64,000 bases of DNA from Candidatus Binatia bacterium (GCA_963664395.2 OY761159.2:1440001-1504000), one strand, 5' to 3'; counted from the first letter of the stretch, positions 36,961 to 47,785 are shown. Notes: generated from the letters alone by a model not told the origin. Numbers and translations: made by a program.

Positions 36961-37995
36961 TCATGAACCAAGCAGCAACTCCTTGGCCCGGCCGAAAAGC
37001 GTCTTGACCGACGGGGCGATCAGGTCCCATTCGGGGTCGTGGCGCTTGCCGCGACGGTGCAGCATCACGTTAAAGCAACTGATCGCCCCAAAGCGATAGC
37101 CGGCCAAGGCACGATACCAATTGATATCGGGGACTTTGCGTTGCATGCCCTCTTCGTATAACGCCACGAGTTCATCAATCGGCGGGGTGGTTGAGATTGG
37201 ACGGCGTTCGGCATCCCAGCTTTCCGGGTCAATAAAGACCAGCAGCCAGCCGAGGTCGAGCAGATGCCCACTGATGCCGGAAATCTCCCAATCCAGGAGC
37301 GCCACAAGTTTCTCGCCGGCTGGCTGTTTGTCAAAGAGCAGGTTGGTCCCCTGATAGTCGCCATGAAAGAGGCCGATTGGAGGAGTAGCGGGTTGGTGGG
37401 TGAGCAGCAGTTCTCGCACCTCTTCGCCCCAGGTCACCCATTCCGGTTCAGCCGCTTTCGCCAGAATCGGGTCCCAGAAGCGAATTTCCTGTTCGAGTGA
37501 GCGGGGCGCTTCCCAGCCGGCCAGTTCGATTTTCCAATCAAGCCGATGGACCTGGACTAAAGCCTGCACCCCTTTTTGGTAGAGCAGCGCGACGGCCTCG
37601 GCGTTTCGGTCAAACGACGCATCCGGTTCCCAGACGTGGAAGGTGCGGCCGGGCAGGCGTTCGGCCATCAGGTAGGGCACCTCAAACCAGCGCAGGTCGT
37701 CACCGGCCCACCGCACTTCCGGGACAGGGACGCCATTCTTCTTGAGTGCGCGCAGTAAAGGCGCTTGGCGCAGGACATCCGTATTTCCGCTTTGGCGAAC
37801 GCCTTTGGGGGGCAGACGCATGACCAGAGATTCGTACGCAGGCTGTCCATCTTTTTGGTACGCAACCGTAAAACCAAAACTCAGCCCGGCATGGCCGGGC
37901 ATGGCCTCGACCTGGCGTACGAGCGCGTCTTTTCCGTAATGGCTCAGACAGAATGCTTGTAATTGTTGAGTGAGGACCGGTATCTCAACGGCCAT
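36961..37995 (-). CDS. APH-family phosphotransferase
   Basis: GHAG, LVMRLPP, DVLRQ, HGDYQGTN, LDWE; start MAVEIP with GGAG RBS. Confidence 0.9.
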   Translation of the reverse strand: MAVEIPVLTQQLQAFCLSHYGKDALVRQVEAMPGHAGLSFGFTVAYQKDGQPAYESLVMRLPPKGVRQSGNTDVLRQAPLLRALKKNGVPVPEVRWAGDDLRWFEVPYLMAERLPGRTFHVWEPDASFDRNAEAVALLYQKGVQALVQVHRLDWKIELAGWEAPRSLEQEIRFWDPILAKAAEPEWVTWGEEVRELLLTHQPATPPIGLFHGDYQGTNLLFDKQPAGEKLVALLDWEISGISGHLLDLGWLLVFIDPESWDAERRPISTTPPIDELVALYEEGMQRKVPDINWYRALAGYRFGAISCFNVMLHRRGKRHDPEWDLIAPSVKTLFGRAKELLLGS

Positions 37996-38136
37996 ACGAC
38001 TCTCCTTGTGTAGACGAAAACGCGAGCCCGCACATGTAACCATATTCCCCCTCAAGTGCCTAGCAGAGCCGGGAGCTTTTCCGGCAGGCTCAGAAAGCGT
38101 ACAGAGGAAGCAGTCCCTTTTGAGGGAAACCATTCA

Positions 38137-39753
38137 GTGACGGAGGCGTGGCAATTGGCGACTCAGCAGTACGCATTGACGGATGAGGACCGCGTGGCCC
38201 TTCGAGAACGCCACATCACCCCTGAGGCGATTGCTGCCTACATTCAGCAGTTTCAGCAGGGCTTCCCTCCCATTCAGTTGGAGCGAGCGTGTACGCTTGG
38301 TGATGGTATTATCCGCATACCGGCCGAGACTGCTCGCTTAGCGCAGTTGTATGCCGAGGCTGCGGCAGCAGGACGAATGACAAAGTTTGTCCCCGCCTCG
38401 GGTGCGGCCAGTCGGATGTTTCAATTGCCCCTCTCTTTTTTCCAGCAGCCGGAGTTGCTCTCGAACCAGGCGCTTGCCAGGAGAGCGGCCGAGGGAGATG
38501 TCGACTGTCAGACCTTCCAGCGCTTTCTCGACCAGCTTGACCACTTTGCTTTTGCCCAGGAACTGCGGACAGTCTTGCTTAGAGACGGCCACACGCTGGA
38601 GGGATTACTGAGTCAAGAGCAGTATTACACGCTTCTCACCTATCTCCTCACACCAACGGGATTGAACTACGCCAACCTGCCCAAAGGACTCGTGCCGTTT
38701 CACGCCTACGGAGACCATAGCCGGACTGCTTTTGAGGAACATCTGGTTGAAGCGCTGGAGTATGTCCGGGATGCCGCAGCCATCGCGCGGCTGCACTTCA
38801 CGGTTGCTGCGTCCCACCAGCAGGCCATCCAGACGTATCTTGACCGCGTGCGTCACCGCTACGCCCAGCAGGGCGCTCACCTCAACATTTCGTATTCCAT
38901 TCAGAAGCCCTCTACAGACACCATCGCCGTGGACTCGGACAACATCCCCTTCAGGGATAGCAGTGGGGCCCTTGTTTTTCGTCCCGGCGGACACGGCGCC
39001 TTATTAGAAAACCTGGCCGACCTGCAAGGCGATATTATTTTTGTAAAGAATATCGATAATGTGCTGCCCGACCGGCTGAAGCCCGATACCTATCGATACA
39101 AAAAATTATTGAGCGGCTATCTGCTGCATCTCCAACAGCAAACGTTTTCGCATCTCACCCGCCTTGAAGCCTGCGGTCAGCATGAGTCAGAGAGCACCCA
39201 AGCAACCGACGCGGCGCGTGTCTTTGCGCAGGACCGGCTCTCCCTCCTTTTGCCACAAGACTTCGAGAGCCGCCTACTATCCGAACAACGCACCCTCCTC
39301 ATTGGCTGTCTCAATCGGCCCTTGCGCGTGTGTGGGGTTGTGAAAAATACTGGGGAGCCGGGTGGCGGACCCTTCTGGGTCAGACAGGCCAACGGCACCA
39401 CCTCGCTTCAAATTGTCGAGTCTTCCCAAGTTGATATGACACACGCGGAGCAACGAGCAATCTGGCAAGCGGCCACCCATTTCAATCCGGTTGATCTCGT
39501 GTGTGGCGTGCGTGACTATCGGGGCCGACCCTTTGATTTACAGCGGTTTACCGATCCCGCGACCGGATTTATCTCTGAGAAATCAAAAGACGGACGTTCC
39601 CTGCGGGCACTCGAATTACCGGGGTTGTGGAACGGGGCTATGGCGCACTGGAATACTGCCTTTGTGGAAGTACCGGGGAGTACGTTTCATCCGGTCAAGA
39701 CCGTTATGGACCTTTTACGTCCCGAGCATCAGCCTGTCCCCGCTCCCCATTGA
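38137..39753 (+). CDS. DUF4301 family protein (predicted nucleotide-diphospho-sugar transferase fold)
   Basis: KFVPASGAASRMF, LPKGL..FH.Y, QKPSTDTIAV, FRPGGHGALL, VKNIDNV, GEPGGGPFW, THFNPVD, ELPGLWNGAMA; start uncertain. Confidence 0.88.
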   Translation: MTEAWQLATQQYALTDEDRVALRERHITPEAIAAYIQQFQQGFPPIQLERACTLGDGIIRIPAETARLAQLYAEAAAAGRMTKFVPASGAASRMFQLPLSFFQQPELLSNQALARRAAEGDVDCQTFQRFLDQLDHFAFAQELRTVLLRDGHTLEGLLSQEQYYTLLTYLLTPTGLNYANLPKGLVPFHAYGDHSRTAFEEHLVEALEYVRDAAAIARLHFTVAASHQQAIQTYLDRVRHRYAQQGAHLNISYSIQKPSTDTIAVDSDNIPFRDSSGALVFRPGGHGALLENLADLQGDIIFVKNIDNVLPDRLKPDTYRYKKLLSGYLLHLQQQTFSHLTRLEACGQHESESTQATDAARVFAQDRLSLLLPQDFESRLLSEQRTLLIGCLNRPLRVCGVVKNTGEPGGGPFWVRQANGTTSLQIVESSQVDMTHAEQRAIWQAATHFNPVDLVCGVRDYRGRPFDLQRFTDPATGFISEKSKDGRSLRALELPGLWNGAMAHWNTAFVEVPGSTFHPVKTVMDLLRPEHQPVPAPH

Positions 39754-39935
39754 CAACCTGTCTCGATTGATACTCTCTATAGCGCCATATTCTTTGACCG
39801 ACTCTCGTTTCAGATGGGCCATGAGCATCATTCACGCGCAAGAATGCAGAAGAATTCTTGCTGCTGAACCGCAGGTTCTCATAGCAAAAGACGGGGGCGG
39901 CCATAAGGACGGATACCCTGAGTGAGACGCATGAC

Positions 39936-41282
39936 ATGCTGGAAGAATATCAGTCGGAAACCATCCTGACACTGGACGAATACGAACCCTATATCGGACG
40001 GGAACGAGTCGATACCCTCACCCGCCTGGCCGCTTCCGTCGCCGGCAAAGGCTGGGCAAACATCAATGCCACGTTCGTGGGCGGTGGGGTGGCAGAAATG
40101 CTGCGGAGCGTGATTCCGCTTGCCCGCTCACTCGGTGTCCACGCCCGTTGGTATACCATCCAGGGTCATGATGCGTTCTTTCAGGTCACCAAGAAGTTTC
40201 ACAATACGCTCCAGGGCGTGGATCAACCGATTGCTCTTCAGAAACTTTTTGAAACGTATCTGGACAATCTGGAAACAAACGCCACAAATGTTTCTCTGGA
40301 ATCCGATTTGATCGTGGTCCATGATCCCCAACCCGCGGCGCTGATTATGCACGGCGGGCTGATGGGCAACGTGCTGTGGCGGTGTCATATCGATACCTCA
40401 ACCCCGAATCCGACTGTGTGGCGTTTCCTGGCTCCGTATATCAACCAGTATGCGGGGGCGATTTTTACTATGCCCGAGTTTGTCGGGCCGGGGCTGCAGA
40501 TTCCCCGGTACCAGATTACCCCGTGTATTGACCCGCGTGCGGAAAAGAATGTTCAGTACACCGAAGAACGTGCCAAAGAGATTCTCACTCCTCTGTTCCG
40601 GCAGCACGCGGTTGACCCGGACCGTCCGATTCTGGCCGCCATTTCCCGCTACGATATCCATAAAAATCAGGCCTCTATCCTGCGGGCGTTCACACGCCTG
40701 CGTGCAGAGCGGCGGTATGACCCGGCCCCCTATCTCATTTTCCTCGGCAATACGGCCACCGACGACCCCGAAGGCGAGGCCAGGCTGGAGCAACTCAAAG
40801 CGCTCGCCGACGATGACCCGGATGTTCGCTTCTGGGTCAACGTCGAAAACAACGACCAAGTCGTCGGCTCACTGATGCGTCTGGCCCGCGGCTTTGTCCA
40901 CGTCTCAACCCGCGAGGGCTTCGGGCTCGTCGTCTCCGAGGCGTTATGGCAAGGCACCCCGGTCATTGGCTCTCGCGTGGGCGGGATTGTGCAGCAGGTG
41001 ATTGACGGGGAGACCGGCTATCTGGTCGAACCCCTGGATGTTGACGCTATTGCGACGAAAATGGCTCGCATTCTGGACGCCCCGGAGCAAACCGCCCAAC
41101 TCGGACGGCAGGCCCAAGAGCATGTCCGCCAAAACTTCCTGCTGCCGGAATTGGTCCGCCGCTACCTGACCCTGCTCCGCTACTACACTGGGATCGATCC
41201 GGATTACCCGTCGTTCCGCATGAATCCAATAAGTTATCGTGAGAGGCTGGCCCGCCTCCTGCCGCCTCTTGCTCACCCGTAA
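39936..41282 (+). CDS. treT: TreT-like trehalose glycosyltransferring synthase (GT4)
   Basis: NATFVGGGVAEML, FFQVTKKFHN.LQG, HDPQP, WRCHID, DDPEG, STREGFGLVVSEALW. Confidence 0.85.
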   Translation: MLEEYQSETILTLDEYEPYIGRERVDTLTRLAASVAGKGWANINATFVGGGVAEMLRSVIPLARSLGVHARWYTIQGHDAFFQVTKKFHNTLQGVDQPIALQKLFETYLDNLETNATNVSLESDLIVVHDPQPAALIMHGGLMGNVLWRCHIDTSTPNPTVWRFLAPYINQYAGAIFTMPEFVGPGLQIPRYQITPCIDPRAEKNVQYTEERAKEILTPLFRQHAVDPDRPILAAISRYDIHKNQASILRAFTRLRAERRYDPAPYLIFLGNTATDDPEGEARLEQLKALADDDPDVRFWVNVENNDQVVGSLMRLARGFVHVSTREGFGLVVSEALWQGTPVIGSRVGGIVQQVIDGETGYLVEPLDVDAIATKMARILDAPEQTAQLGRQAQEHVRQNFLLPELVRRYLTLLRYYTGIDPDYPSFRMNPISYRERLARLLPPLAHP

Positions 41283-41404
41283 CCGGCCCGGTATCAAGCC
41301 GGACCGCCTGACGGGCAGACGGACTGTGAACAATCTGTCCGCTCGTCTAAAATGAGTCCTGTCGGCCAAGCGGCGGAAGCTGACAGCGAAAGGTAGGAGC
41401 GCAT

Positions 41405-42517
41405 ATGGAGACCATGCTGATTACCGGCGGCGCGGGGTTTATCGGCAGTAATTTTGTCCGGCTTGCCTTGGCCGAAACGACCGACGCCCTCGTTATCGTT
41501 GATAAGTTGACGTATGCCGGCAGTCTGAAAAATGTCGAAGATGTCCTTCACAATCCGCGCGTGACCTTTTCCCGAACCGATATTGCGGAACAGGCGGCAG
41601 TTACGGCATTATTCCGGACGTATCAACCGGATTCCGTGGTGAACTGTGCCGCGGAGACCCATGTTGATCGCTCAATTGACAGTCCGTGGCCCTTTGTTGA
41701 GACGAATCTTGTTGGAACGTTTTATTTGCTTGAAGAATCCCGGAAATATGTAGCCTCCCTGAGGGCAAAGGAGCAGTTTCGATTTCTGCACGTCTCGACG
41801 GACGAGGTCTACGGCAGCCTCGGACCTGTGGGCAGCTTTTCCGAAACCACTCCATACGCGCCCAATTCTCCGTATTCTGCCTCAAAAGCGAGCGCCGATC
41901 ATTTTGTCCTGGCCTATTACGCGACCTATGGTCTTCACACCCTGATCACCAACTGTTCGAATAACTATGGTCCGTATCAGTTTCCCGAAAAGCTCATTCC
42001 CCTCATGATTCTCAACGCCGTTGAGGGCAAACCCTTACCACTCTACGGCGATGGACAACACGTCCGTGACTGGCTGCATGTCGAAGACCATTGTCGGGGG
42101 ATCTTGCTTGCTTTGCGTCAGGGGAAGAGTGGCGAAAAATATAATATCGGGGGTGGCCATGAACGGACCAATCGTGAGATTGTGTATCAGATATGCACTA
42201 TGCTTGAAGAACTGCTTCCCGCAGCCAAAAACGCGGCTCTCAAGAAGCGAGGCATTGCCGCTTACTCCGACCTGATGACATTTGTGAAAGATCGTCCTGG
42301 CCACGACCGGCGCTATGCAATCGATGCAACAAAAATCAGAACCACTCTCGGCTGGCGGACACAATACACCTTCGAGCGCGGCCTCGCACAGACGGTCCGT
42401 TGGTATGTGGACAACAGGCAGTGGTGCGACGCTATTGTTGCCGGCACGTATGATCGAGCGCGACTTGGATTAGGTGCTCCCCCATCTTCAGCATCAGGGT
42501 CGGAAACGCCTACATAA
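41405..42517 (+). CDS. rfbB: dTDP-glucose 4,6-dehydratase
   Basis: TGGAGFIG, DKLTYAG, AAETHVDRSI, HVSTDEVYG, YSASKA, DRPGHDRRYAID. Confidence 0.97.
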   Translation: METMLITGGAGFIGSNFVRLALAETTDALVIVDKLTYAGSLKNVEDVLHNPRVTFSRTDIAEQAAVTALFRTYQPDSVVNCAAETHVDRSIDSPWPFVETNLVGTFYLLEESRKYVASLRAKEQFRFLHVSTDEVYGSLGPVGSFSETTPYAPNSPYSASKASADHFVLAYYATYGLHTLITNCSNNYGPYQFPEKLIPLMILNAVEGKPLPLYGDGQHVRDWLHVEDHCRGILLALRQGKSGEKYNIGGGHERTNREIVYQICTMLEELLPAAKNAALKKRGIAAYSDLMTFVKDRPGHDRRYAIDATKIRTTLGWRTQYTFERGLAQTVRWYVDNRQWCDAIVAGTYDRARLGLGAPPSSASGSETPT

Positions 42518-42581
42518 ATATGGGGCAATCTGGTATTGAGAGCTTACCGATTGGGCCGGACGGGAGGATAAAGGATATATC

Positions 42582-43451
42582 ATGAAAGGCATTATTCTCG
42601 CGGGTGGTTCTGGTACCCGGCTGTATCCCATTACCCGGGCAATCAGCAAACAGCTCATGCCAATCTACGATAAACCCATGATCTATTACCCGCTCTCCAC
42701 GCTCATGCTGGCAGGGATTCGTCAGGTCCTGGTCATTACCACACCCCATGAGCAGGAGGGCTTTCGGCGTCTCTTGAAAGACGGTCAGTGGCTTGGAATA
42801 GACATCAGCTACGCGACGCAACCCCGCCCCGAGGGCATTGCCCAAGCTTTTCTGATTGGCCGTGATTTCATTGGCAGCGACGCGGTTGCGCTTGTCCTTG
42901 GCGATAACATCTTCTATGGACACGGCTTTCCGGACTCGCTGCGTGTAGCGACTCAGCGTACGAGTGGGGCAACTATTTTTGCCTATCAAGTCCGTGACCC
43001 GGAACGGTACGGCGTGGTTGAATTCGATGCCCAAGGACGGGCCATCAGTCTCGAAGAGAAGCCGTCCAAACCACGCTCGAGCTATGCTATCACCGGTCTC
43101 TATTTCTACGACAACCAGATTGTCTCTCTCGCCTCAGACCTCATACCCTCCAACCGGGAAGAATTGGAAATCACTGATGTGAATCGGGCCTATCTTCGTC
43201 TGGGAGGTCTGCATGTTGAAAAACTCGGTCGAGGAATCGCCTGGTTGGACACCGGGACACATGAGTCGCTGCTCCACGCCTCGAATTTTATTCAAGCCCT
43301 GCAAGACCGACAGGGCTTGATGGTCGCCTGTGTCGAAGAGATAGCCTATAGCATGGGCTATATTTCCGAAACCGAGGTGATCCAGCAGGCCGATAGCATG
43401 AAGGGAAATGCCTACGGCCAATATCTCTTACGTTTGATTCAGACTGACTAG
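42582..43451 (+). CDS. rfbA: Glucose-1-phosphate thymidylyltransferase
   Basis: [44 protein letters not shown]. Confidence 0.97.
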   Translation: MKGIILAGGSGTRLYPITRAISKQLMPIYDKPMIYYPLSTLMLAGIRQVLVITTPHEQEGFRRLLKDGQWLGIDISYATQPRPEGIAQAFLIGRDFIGSDAVALVLGDNIFYGHGFPDSLRVATQRTSGATIFAYQVRDPERYGVVEFDAQGRAISLEEKPSKPRSSYAITGLYFYDNQIVSLASDLIPSNREELEITDVNRAYLRLGGLHVEKLGRGIAWLDTGTHESLLHASNFIQALQDRQGLMVACVEEIAYSMGYISETEVIQQADSMKGNAYGQYLLRLIQTD

Positions 43452-43458
43452 ATAAGAC

Positions 43459-44013
43459 ATGCGATTTCTCCCGACCGGACTGCCCGGCGTTATTGTGGTT
43501 GAACCAGACGTGTACCACGATGCACGCGGTTTCTTCCTCGAAACCTACCATGCTCGTACATATCAGGAGGGTGGGATCAAGGCGACTTTTGTCCAGGATA
43601 ACCATTCACAATCATCCCACGGCACGCTCCGAGGACTCCACGCCCAGCTCCGACACCCGCAAGGAAAACTGATACGGGCCTTGGAAGGCGAAATTTTTGA
43701 CGTTGCGGTGGATATTCGGCGAGGATCGGCAACATTTACGCAATGGATAAGCGTTGTCCTATCAGCCAAGAATTTTCGCCAGTTATATATTCCACCTGGC
43801 TTTGCCCATGGCTTTGCTGTCCTCAGTGAACGCGCTCAAATTGCCTATAAGTGTACGAATTTCTATGATCCAACCGATGAAATCAGTCTGGCCTGGAATG
43901 ATCCGGATATAGGCGTTGAGTGGCCACTGAGGACGCCCATGCTCTCGGAAAAGGACCTTGCTGCTTCCTTCATTCGAGATATTGAAGAATCCTTACCACT
44001 ATTTCAGCCATAA
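43459..44013 (+). CDS. rfbC: dTDP-4-dehydrorhamnose 3,5-epimerase
   Basis: [37 protein letters not shown]. Confidence 0.97.
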   Translation: MRFLPTGLPGVIVVEPDVYHDARGFFLETYHARTYQEGGIKATFVQDNHSQSSHGTLRGLHAQLRHPQGKLIRALEGEIFDVAVDIRRGSATFTQWISVVLSAKNFRQLYIPPGFAHGFAVLSERAQIAYKCTNFYDPTDEISLAWNDPDIGVEWPLRTPMLSEKDLAASFIRDIEESLPLFQP

Positions 44014-44016
44014 CCA

Positions 44017-44045
44017 AGACCGGAGTAGACCGGAGTAGACCGGAA
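44017..44045. repeat. 10-bp tandem repeat (AGACCGGAGT), about 3 units, after the rfbC stop
   Basis: agaccggagt agaccggagt agaccggaa. Confidence 0.85.
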
Positions 44046-44099
44046 CAGAGGCTCCATCTCCGCCGACCTCCCGAAGCTGGTAATCGTGTCAACCGTATT

Positions 44100-44912
44100 A
44101 TGGGATATTTTGATGCCTTTCTGCTCGCTGTCCTGCAAGGTTTAACCGAGTTTCTTCCTGTTTCTTCTTCCGGCCACCTCGTCCTTGCCCAATATTTCTT
44201 TGGCAGTTCAGGAGAAATTGACCTCCTGTATAACATCGCCCTTCATGCGGCGACTGCAGTCGCTCTCCTGACCTATTTCCGTCAAGACATTTACATGCTG
44301 TGTACCGGCCTCAGCCGCACCACGCAGCCTTCGTCGAGCGTATTCTCTGGGCACGAAAGACAAACCGTTATCTATATCATTCTGGCCTTGATTCCGACTG
44401 CACTCATAGGACTCTGCATCGACACAATCTTTATTTCATTTTTTACCCGACCCGATGTCGTCGGCTGTATGTTCCTCCTGACGGGTTTCTTCCTCTGGTG
44501 GGGCAAAGGACAAGAACCCTATCCTGCGACGGCACAAATGCGCGCGGTCCACGCTCTCGTGATCGGCATCCTTCAGGGTCTTGCCGTTATCCCAGGGATA
44601 TCTCGTTCCGGGGCGACGATTACAGGAGGCATCTTACTTGGTCTGAATAGAGAACTTGCAGCACGCTTTTCCTTGCTCATATCCGTTCCGGCTATTCTTG
44701 GGGCAAGCCTGCTTGAAGTCTCAAAGCTGGAGGAACAGACCCTCCCGCCACTCGGCCCCTACTTCACAGGTATGGTTGTTGCCGGTGGCGTCGGCTATGC
44801 TGCAATTACCCTTATTCTACGCCTCGTCCGACAAGATCGATTTTACCTTTTTGTGTGGTATTTATGGCCCCTCGGTGGTCTCGTGAGCATAGGATTCCAC
44901 CTGCTGAGGTAA
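44100..44912 (+). CDS. uppP: Undecaprenyl-diphosphate phosphatase
   Basis: QGLTEFLPVSSSGH and PGISRSGATI motifs. Confidence 0.96.
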   Translation: MGYFDAFLLAVLQGLTEFLPVSSSGHLVLAQYFFGSSGEIDLLYNIALHAATAVALLTYFRQDIYMLCTGLSRTTQPSSSVFSGHERQTVIYIILALIPTALIGLCIDTIFISFFTRPDVVGCMFLLTGFFLWWGKGQEPYPATAQMRAVHALVIGILQGLAVIPGISRSGATITGGILLGLNRELAARFSLLISVPAILGASLLEVSKLEEQTLPPLGPYFTGMVVAGGVGYAAITLILRLVRQDRFYLFVWYLWPLGGLVSIGFHLLR

Positions 44913-44996
44913 CGCTATTCCCGTTTTGCCAAGCAGAGTAGCGTCCCGCTCTCTTGTCAGACTCGCCAGAAGAACCGTGTCCGGAGAAGAGCCAGA

Positions 44997-45485
44997 TTAT
45001 TCTTCCGGCTTGATTATTGTGGGGGGGAGAGTGTCAGCCGACGCGCCGATACGAATGATGAGCGTCCCACCTTGGTGTTTGCGACCACCAACAAAGAGCA
45101 TACCACGATTCGGAATTGATAAGAGCGTACTCATAAGTGGAGAAGGAGATATTCCTTCCATAAGCATCACGTGAAGAGCAATCTGTTCATTCACATACTC
45201 TTTTGGAACAACCTGGAGAAACCGTCCGCCGGGCAGAGAAAAATTCGCCTGTTTGCCAAAACCAACTTTGCGGTGTTCCTCCTGAACCAAGCGATAGGCA
45301 GAATAGCGAAAAGCTAAAAGCTGAGAGCGCATCCCGGTCAGGCGCGTATCAAATTCTTGTGAGGTGTCGGTTGCCAGGACGGTCTCAACACGGAGATGCA
45401 CCATGTCCCCCGCGTCGGCTGAGGCAGTACAAAGGAAAAGTCCGAGAACGGCCGGAACGGGAAAGGTCAGGCGACACATATTCAT
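44997..45485 (-). CDS. Exported hypothetical protein, third gene of the ECF module
   Basis: Signal peptide ending ASADA; ATGA overlap with the anti-sigma gene. Confidence 0.75.
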   Translation of the reverse strand: MNMCRLTFPVPAVLGLFLCTASADAGDMVHLRVETVLATDTSQEFDTRLTGMRSQLLAFRYSAYRLVQEEHRKVGFGKQANFSLPGGRFLQVVPKEYVNEQIALHVMLMEGISPSPLMSTLLSIPNRGMLFVGGRKHQGGTLIIRIGASADTLPPTIIKPEE

Positions 45486-46036
45486 GGCAGCTCTTCCCCC
45501 AGTGCATCATCGACCCAGATAACTGTGGCATTACTCGTCGGCTCATTCCAGACCAGGACGGTCGAGGTCACAGATAAGGATTCGATCTGGGCTTGATTGT
45601 TGAAGGCAAGCATCATGGGCTTCCGTTCCACAGGGATGCTCACAGTTTCTCTCGAAGTTGGGAGTTGGGTGAAGACAACCGCGGCAAACAGACACAGCAC
45701 AACAGCCGTTGCCCACACAGGAATACTCCACGAAAAGGGAGCATTCCACTGCATGCGCCAGAGTCGAAAACGACTCGACCACTGGCTCGCTCGAGGTGGA
45801 GATTGATCCTCTATCCCCCGCTCAATACGAGCCCATAAATCTGAAAAATCAATACAAGAGACTTCCTCGCCGAGCATCTGACACAGAGTCTCGTGCGTGC
45901 GTTCAAGCATCCGCATCCGGCGGGTACACGCTGGACAATCAGCAATCTGAAAAGCCACTTCGCGCCGCCGGGCCTCATCAAGCTCGCCGTCGTACACAAG
46001 AGGGATAAGACGCGCGGGGTGAGAACAGCTCATCAT
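45482..46036 (-). CDS. Putative zinc-finger (ZAS/zf-HC2-like) transmembrane anti-sigma factor
   Basis: C...YDGEL......QIADCPAC, then one TM helix; directly downstream of the ECF sigma. Confidence 0.8.
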   Translation of the reverse strand: MMSCSHPARLIPLVYDGELDEARRREVAFQIADCPACTRRMRMLERTHETLCQMLGEEVSCIDFSDLWARIERGIEDQSPPRASQWSSRFRLWRMQWNAPFSWSIPVWATAVVLCLFAAVVFTQLPTSRETVSIPVERKPMMLAFNNQAQIESLSVTSTVLVWNEPTSNATVIWVDDALGEELP

Positions 46037-46143
46037 AGGTTGCTCTACCCTGATCTTAACGAGCTTCCCATCGGGCAGAGCGGGGGAAGGAGGGTGATGG
46101 TGCATTACAACAGGGATGAATCATACGTAGGAAACAGTCTTGA

Positions 46144-46710
46144 TTAGAGGTCCTGCCCCAGGCGTGCCTGAAGCCTTTTTCTTGCATAGTGCAGACGGCT
46201 CATCACAGTTCCCCTGGAACACTGTAACACGTGACTGATCTCTTCGTAGGACAGTCCTTCGACTGCCCTCAGTAATATGACCGCTTTGTGGATGGGCGTC
46301 AACTCGTCAATGGCGGCCCAAATATGCTGTCCAAGCTCTCTATCGGCAACTTGATCTGAAGGATCAAGTCCCTGCGTATCTGGAATACTCTCAATCCAAT
46401 CGTCATCTCCCCTTGACTGATGTCGCTCGAATAGTGATCTGCGGCTACGTTGGCGTTGTCGGTCAATAGAGAGATTTACAACGATTCGATATAACCATGT
46501 GTAAAAACTGGATTCCTCCTTAAACTTGCGGATACTCACAAAAACCTTGGCAAACGCCTCTTGGGCGACATCGAGTGCATCGTCACGGTCGTTGAGCATG
46601 CCCAGCGCAATTGCCACGGCCTTTCGCTGATACCGCTCGACCAGTTCTTGAAACGCCTGTCGGTCATCCTGCTTACAACGCCGGACGAGTTCCCAATCGC
46701 TTACTTCCAC
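46144..46710 (-). CDS. ECF RNA polymerase sigma factor (RpoE-like)
   Basis: AFQELVERYQ, DALDVAQEAF, SSFYTWLYRIVVN, GLSYEEIS, GTVMSRLHYAR. Confidence 0.95.
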   Translation of the reverse strand: MEVSDWELVRRCKQDDRQAFQELVERYQRKAVAIALGMLNDRDDALDVAQEAFAKVFVSIRKFKEESSFYTWLYRIVVNLSIDRQRQRSRRSLFERHQSRGDDDWIESIPDTQGLDPSDQVADRELGQHIWAAIDELTPIHKAVILLRAVEGLSYEEISHVLQCSRGTVMSRLHYARKRLQARLGQDL

Positions 46711-47026
46711 CGTTTTCCAGCATCCTTAGGGTGAGACGTGAGGGCAGCTATTCTATTCAGCAGAACATAGCCAAAAGATACGGAGGCATGCCACAGACCA
46801 TGGCAGTCTATAATATCGAGCAATCGTCTTTCCTCATAGGCCCTTACCGACTGGGAGAACAAATGAAAGGCGCATGAATGTCTCGGGAGTTTTCACGTCC
46901 AACAGCAGCAGATAAAACACTATTCCTTTGAGCAACTTGACAAGAAGGGAAACCGGTCTTAAAGATTCCTGCCAAAAGCAGATTTTTGTTATCCACACAT
47001 TGCCCAGTCCGAGGCGCAAAAAGACC

Positions 47027-47785
47027 ATGATAGAAGTACAAAATCTTACCAAACGCTATGGTGACTTGACCGCGGTGTCTGACATTTCATTCCAGGCTGC
47101 GTCCGGTCAGATTCTTGGGCTTTTAGGACCTAACGGTTCTGGGAAAACCACGACCATGCGCATTATTACGGGCTATATGCCAGCAACAGCGGGAACCGTC
47201 AAAGTGGCCGGCTTCGACATCTTTGATGAGTCCTTTGAGGCCCGCAAACGGATTGGGTATCTCCCGGAAACCCCACCGCTCTATAACGATATGACGGTCA
47301 CCGCCTATTTGCGTTTTGTCGCACGCATCAAAGGCATGGCTCGCTCGGATATCCCGGACGCCCTAGACCGTGCCCTTGAACGCTGTGGACTGACTGAGGT
47401 CGCTCAGCGTGTCACAGGCTATCTTTCAAAAGGCTATCGGCAACGGGTGGGACTTGCCCAGGCGATTATCCATAACCCTGCCGTACTGATTCTCGATGAG
47501 CCAACGATCGGCCTCGACCCGCAGCAGATTATTGGCATCCGGTCCTTGATTAAAGAGCTGGCTGGTGAACATACCGTTGTCCTGTCCACTCATATCCTGC
47601 CCGAAGTCGCCCAGGTGTGTGAGAAAGTCGTGATCATTAATGCCGGAAAAGTAGTGGCCGAGGATATGATAGCGAACCTCGCCCAAGACCAGACGCTCGA
47701 AGACGTGTTTCTCAAAGCCATTGCACACGAAGAGCCGGGAGCGGAGGAACAGGTGGAGGAGGCTACGGAATGCGAAACGTATTAA
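47027..47785 (+). CDS. ABC transporter ATP-binding protein (GldA-like)
   Basis: GPNGSGKT, LSKGYRQRVGLAQA, ILDEPTIGLDP, STHILPEV. Confidence 0.95.
   Translation: MIEVQNLTKRYGDLTAVSDISFQAASGQILGLLGPNGSGKTTTMRIITGYMPATAGTVKVAGFDIFDESFEARKRIGYLPETPPLYNDMTVTAYLRFVARIKGMARSDIPDALDRALERCGLTEVAQRVTGYLSKGYRQRVGLAQAIIHNPAVLILDEPTIGLDPQQIIGIRSLIKELAGEHTVVLSTHILPEVAQVCEKVVIINAGKVVAEDMIANLAQDQTLEDVFLKAIAHEEPGAEEQVEEATECETY

Noticed and set aside
39821-39925. 34-codon ORF upstream of treT
   Set aside because: No RBS, motif or compositional support.
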